From the NCBI GenBank assembly GCA_964501115.1, contig CAZCRO010000002.1, forward strand, positions 9,813 through 73,812: 64,000 bases of DNA. Direction: 5' to 3'. The notes beneath the pieces are model-generated. The model did no database searches, was not told the DNA's origin, and was given only the letters and a program-made list of their open reading frames with translations. The position numbers and the translations under genes are program-made. This DNA comes from an uncultured Oscillospiraceae bacterium. GTDB taxonomy: Bacteria; Bacillota; Clostridia; Oscillospirales; Oscillospiraceae. Positions 63,001 through 64,000 of the stretch are shown here, piece after piece. Each line of letters opens with the position of its first letter. The stretch's first letter is position 1.

Positions 63001-63729
63001 CTTTTGCAGCTGTGCGTCCTGGAAACTCACTCCGTCAATCACCGTACCGAAAGTGGTATGGCGGCAGTGATCAGACCAGTAAGTATCGATCATGCGGATT
63101 TCCGTAATGGTAGGCTGGCGACCCTCCTTGCGGAAATATGCCTGGCAGAAGAGAATATCATCCAAATCCATTGCCAGACCGTAGCTGCGGATAAATTCTT
63201 CCAGCGCCTCCCGGGAAAGCTCCGTGAAACCCTCCATGGTGGCCACATGCTCCGGCAGGGCATAGTCCACTTTCAGTGTTTCGGGCATATCCATGGAAGC
63301 CTCTCTGGCTTCCACAGGGTTAATGACATATTTCTTGATGGCAGCCAGCTCCTGCTCCGTCAGCGTGCCATACAGAGCGTACACCTTGGCTGTGCGCACC
63401 GTGGGGCGCTCTCCCTGGGAGATGATCTGGATACACTGAGCAGCGGAGTCCGCCCGCTGGTCAAACTGGCCGGGCAGGAATTCCGTGGCAAACACCGTGG
63501 CGCCGGACAAATCCACCTCCGGGCAGGCAATGTCCAGCTGGGGTTCCGAGAAGACGGTCTTTACCGCATAGTCAAACAGCTCTTTGGTAATATTCTCCGC
63601 ATCGTAGCGGTTTAGGATCCGCACCTGGGTCAGACCTTCAATGCCCAGCAGATGCCTGGCATCCGCCAGAAGACTATTGGCCTCAGCGGCCAATGCCTGC
63701 TTTTTCTCTACAAAAATACGATAAACCAT
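60040..63729 (-). CDS. purL: Phosphoribosylformylglycinamidine synthase (large fused form)
   Basis: DTYWSDHCRHTTF, KNETHNHPTEIEPFGGAATC, GGKDSMSG, PGTNCE, GICNGFQ, MGHSER. Confidence 0.95.
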   Translation of the reverse strand: MVYRIFVEKKQALAAEANSLLADARHLLGIEGLTQVRILNRYDAENITKELFDYAVKTVFSEPQLDIACPEVDLSGATVFATEFLPGQFDQRADSAAQCIQIISQGERPTVRTAKVYALYGTLTEQELAAIKKYVINPVEAREASMDMPETLKVDYALPEHVATMEGFTELSREALEEFIRSYGLAMDLDDILFCQAYFRKEGRQPTITEIRMIDTYWSDHCRHTTFGTVIDGVSFQDAQLQKTYQTYLDTRKRLGREHKPICLMDLATIAVKHLKATGKLEKLDESEEINACTVKMDVEVDGVKEPWLLLFKNETHNHPTEIEPFGGAATCIGGAIRDPLSGRSYVYGAMRVTGAADPLKSVAETIPGKLPQRKLVTTAAAGYSSYGNQIGLATGIVDEIYHPGYAAKRMEIGAVIAATPAQNVRRERPEPGDVVILLGGNTGRDGCGGATGSSKSHTVNSLETCGAEVQKGNAPEERKLQRLFRNPEASKLIKRCNDFGAGGVSVAIGELADGLTIDLNAVPKKYEGLDGTELAISESQERMAVVVERKDMPRFLELAAEENLNATKVADVTEEARLVMHWNGETICDISREFLNSNGADKHITAEAQPAQAYDKAIPASFRQGFLEVASDLNTCSKRGLSERFDSTIGAGTVLMPFGGKHQLTPIQAMVQKISVEKKHTNDCSFMSFGYNPFITSASPYHGAYLAVVESVAKLVASGAAFEDVYLTFQEYFERLGKDPKRWGKPLAALLGAFQAQMDLEIGAIGGKDSMSGTFENLDVPPTLVSFAVTTGKVEQVISPEFKAENHKVTLLCPKFDENGLPRTDSLVSVFHTVTDLMRSGRVVAAYTPGMGGVAEAVMKMGFGNGLGFAFEEGLPLETLFGYRYGSFLLEFAGEETVGTLLGRTTGGCFCYGGEELTQQEVLSAYENKLESVYSCNIPTQQVPMENFSYQATARVAPAVAVAKPKVLIPAFPGTNCEYDSAKAVADAGLEPEIVVVRNLTSDAISASVDAFAGKLKQAQMVFIPGGFSGGDEPDGSAKFITAFFRNAAVKEGVMDLLNRRDGLMCGICNGFQALIKLGLVPYGEIRDTDEDDATLTFNTIARHQSRIVRTRIASNKSPWLALTQVGETYSVPISHGEGRFLASEEMIRRLAANGQIATQYVDLQGNATADVHFNPNGSMYAIEGITSPDGRVFGKMGHSERIGAGLYRNVPGEYDIQMFRAAAKYFK

Positions 63730-63746
63730 AGTGTTCCTCCCGGCGT

Positions 63747-64000
63747 TTATTCTTTATAGGCGGCCAATGCTTTTTGGCCAATGTCGCTGCGGCGGTAGGC
63801 GTTGGCAAACCGCACACCGTCGGACAGGCGGTAAGCCTCCCGGACAGCCTGTTCCAGGGTATCTCCCAGAGCAGTGGTGCCGGTTACACGGCCGCCTGAA
63901 GTAACCAGATTTCCCTGTGCATCCAGCTTGGCACCCGCCACATAAGTGCAATCAGCAGCCTCGGGGGTCATTGTAATGGGAAATCCCTTTTCATAAGCTG
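63747..64000 (-). CDS. purD: Phosphoribosylamine-glycine ligase, C-terminal end (partial)
   Basis: GFPI...AGAK...LVTSGGRV...YRRSDIG; lies upstream of purL. Confidence 0.85.
   Translation of the reverse strand, partial: AYEKGFPITMTPEAADCTYVAGAKLDAQGNLVTSGGRVTGTTALGDTLEQAVREAYRLSDGVRFANAYRRSDIGQKALAAYKE

Noticed and set aside
54071-63615. 1317-, 798- and 419-aa plus-strand ORFs
   Set aside because: Shadows of the surface protein gene and purL, expected from codon bias

Overview
Chromosomal window from a moderately GC-rich Firmicute; gene style suggests Clostridia/Oscillospiraceae (inference). It holds about 50 protein genes and no visible rRNA, tRNA, CRISPR array, transposase or integrase. 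Housekeeping genes: M29 aminopeptidase, dut, nrdG, luxS-mtnN, rpmB, hprK, RluA, csoR-copA, a noc/parB-like gene, mnmE, cysteine desulfurase, gdhA, purL and partial purD. Envelope-sensing and export modules: two TCS+ABC cassettes, a decaying TetR+ABC cassette and a BlaI/BlaR1-like pair. Two riboswitches are readable in the sequence: cobalamin and guanidine-IV. The most unusual stretch is 43.7-59.1 kb. It holds (i) a BlaR1-type M56 sensor whose penicillin-binding domain is replaced by three copies of a Cys-rich beta-helix module, next to a lipoprotein made of two copies of the same module; (ii) a reduced rnfC-rnfD-rnfG operon without rnfE/A/B but with a lipoprotein and a small membrane protein; (iii) a B12-riboswitch-controlled ~1600-aa surface protein with transcobalamin-like parts. 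All family calls come from motif recognition by eye; no searches were run.
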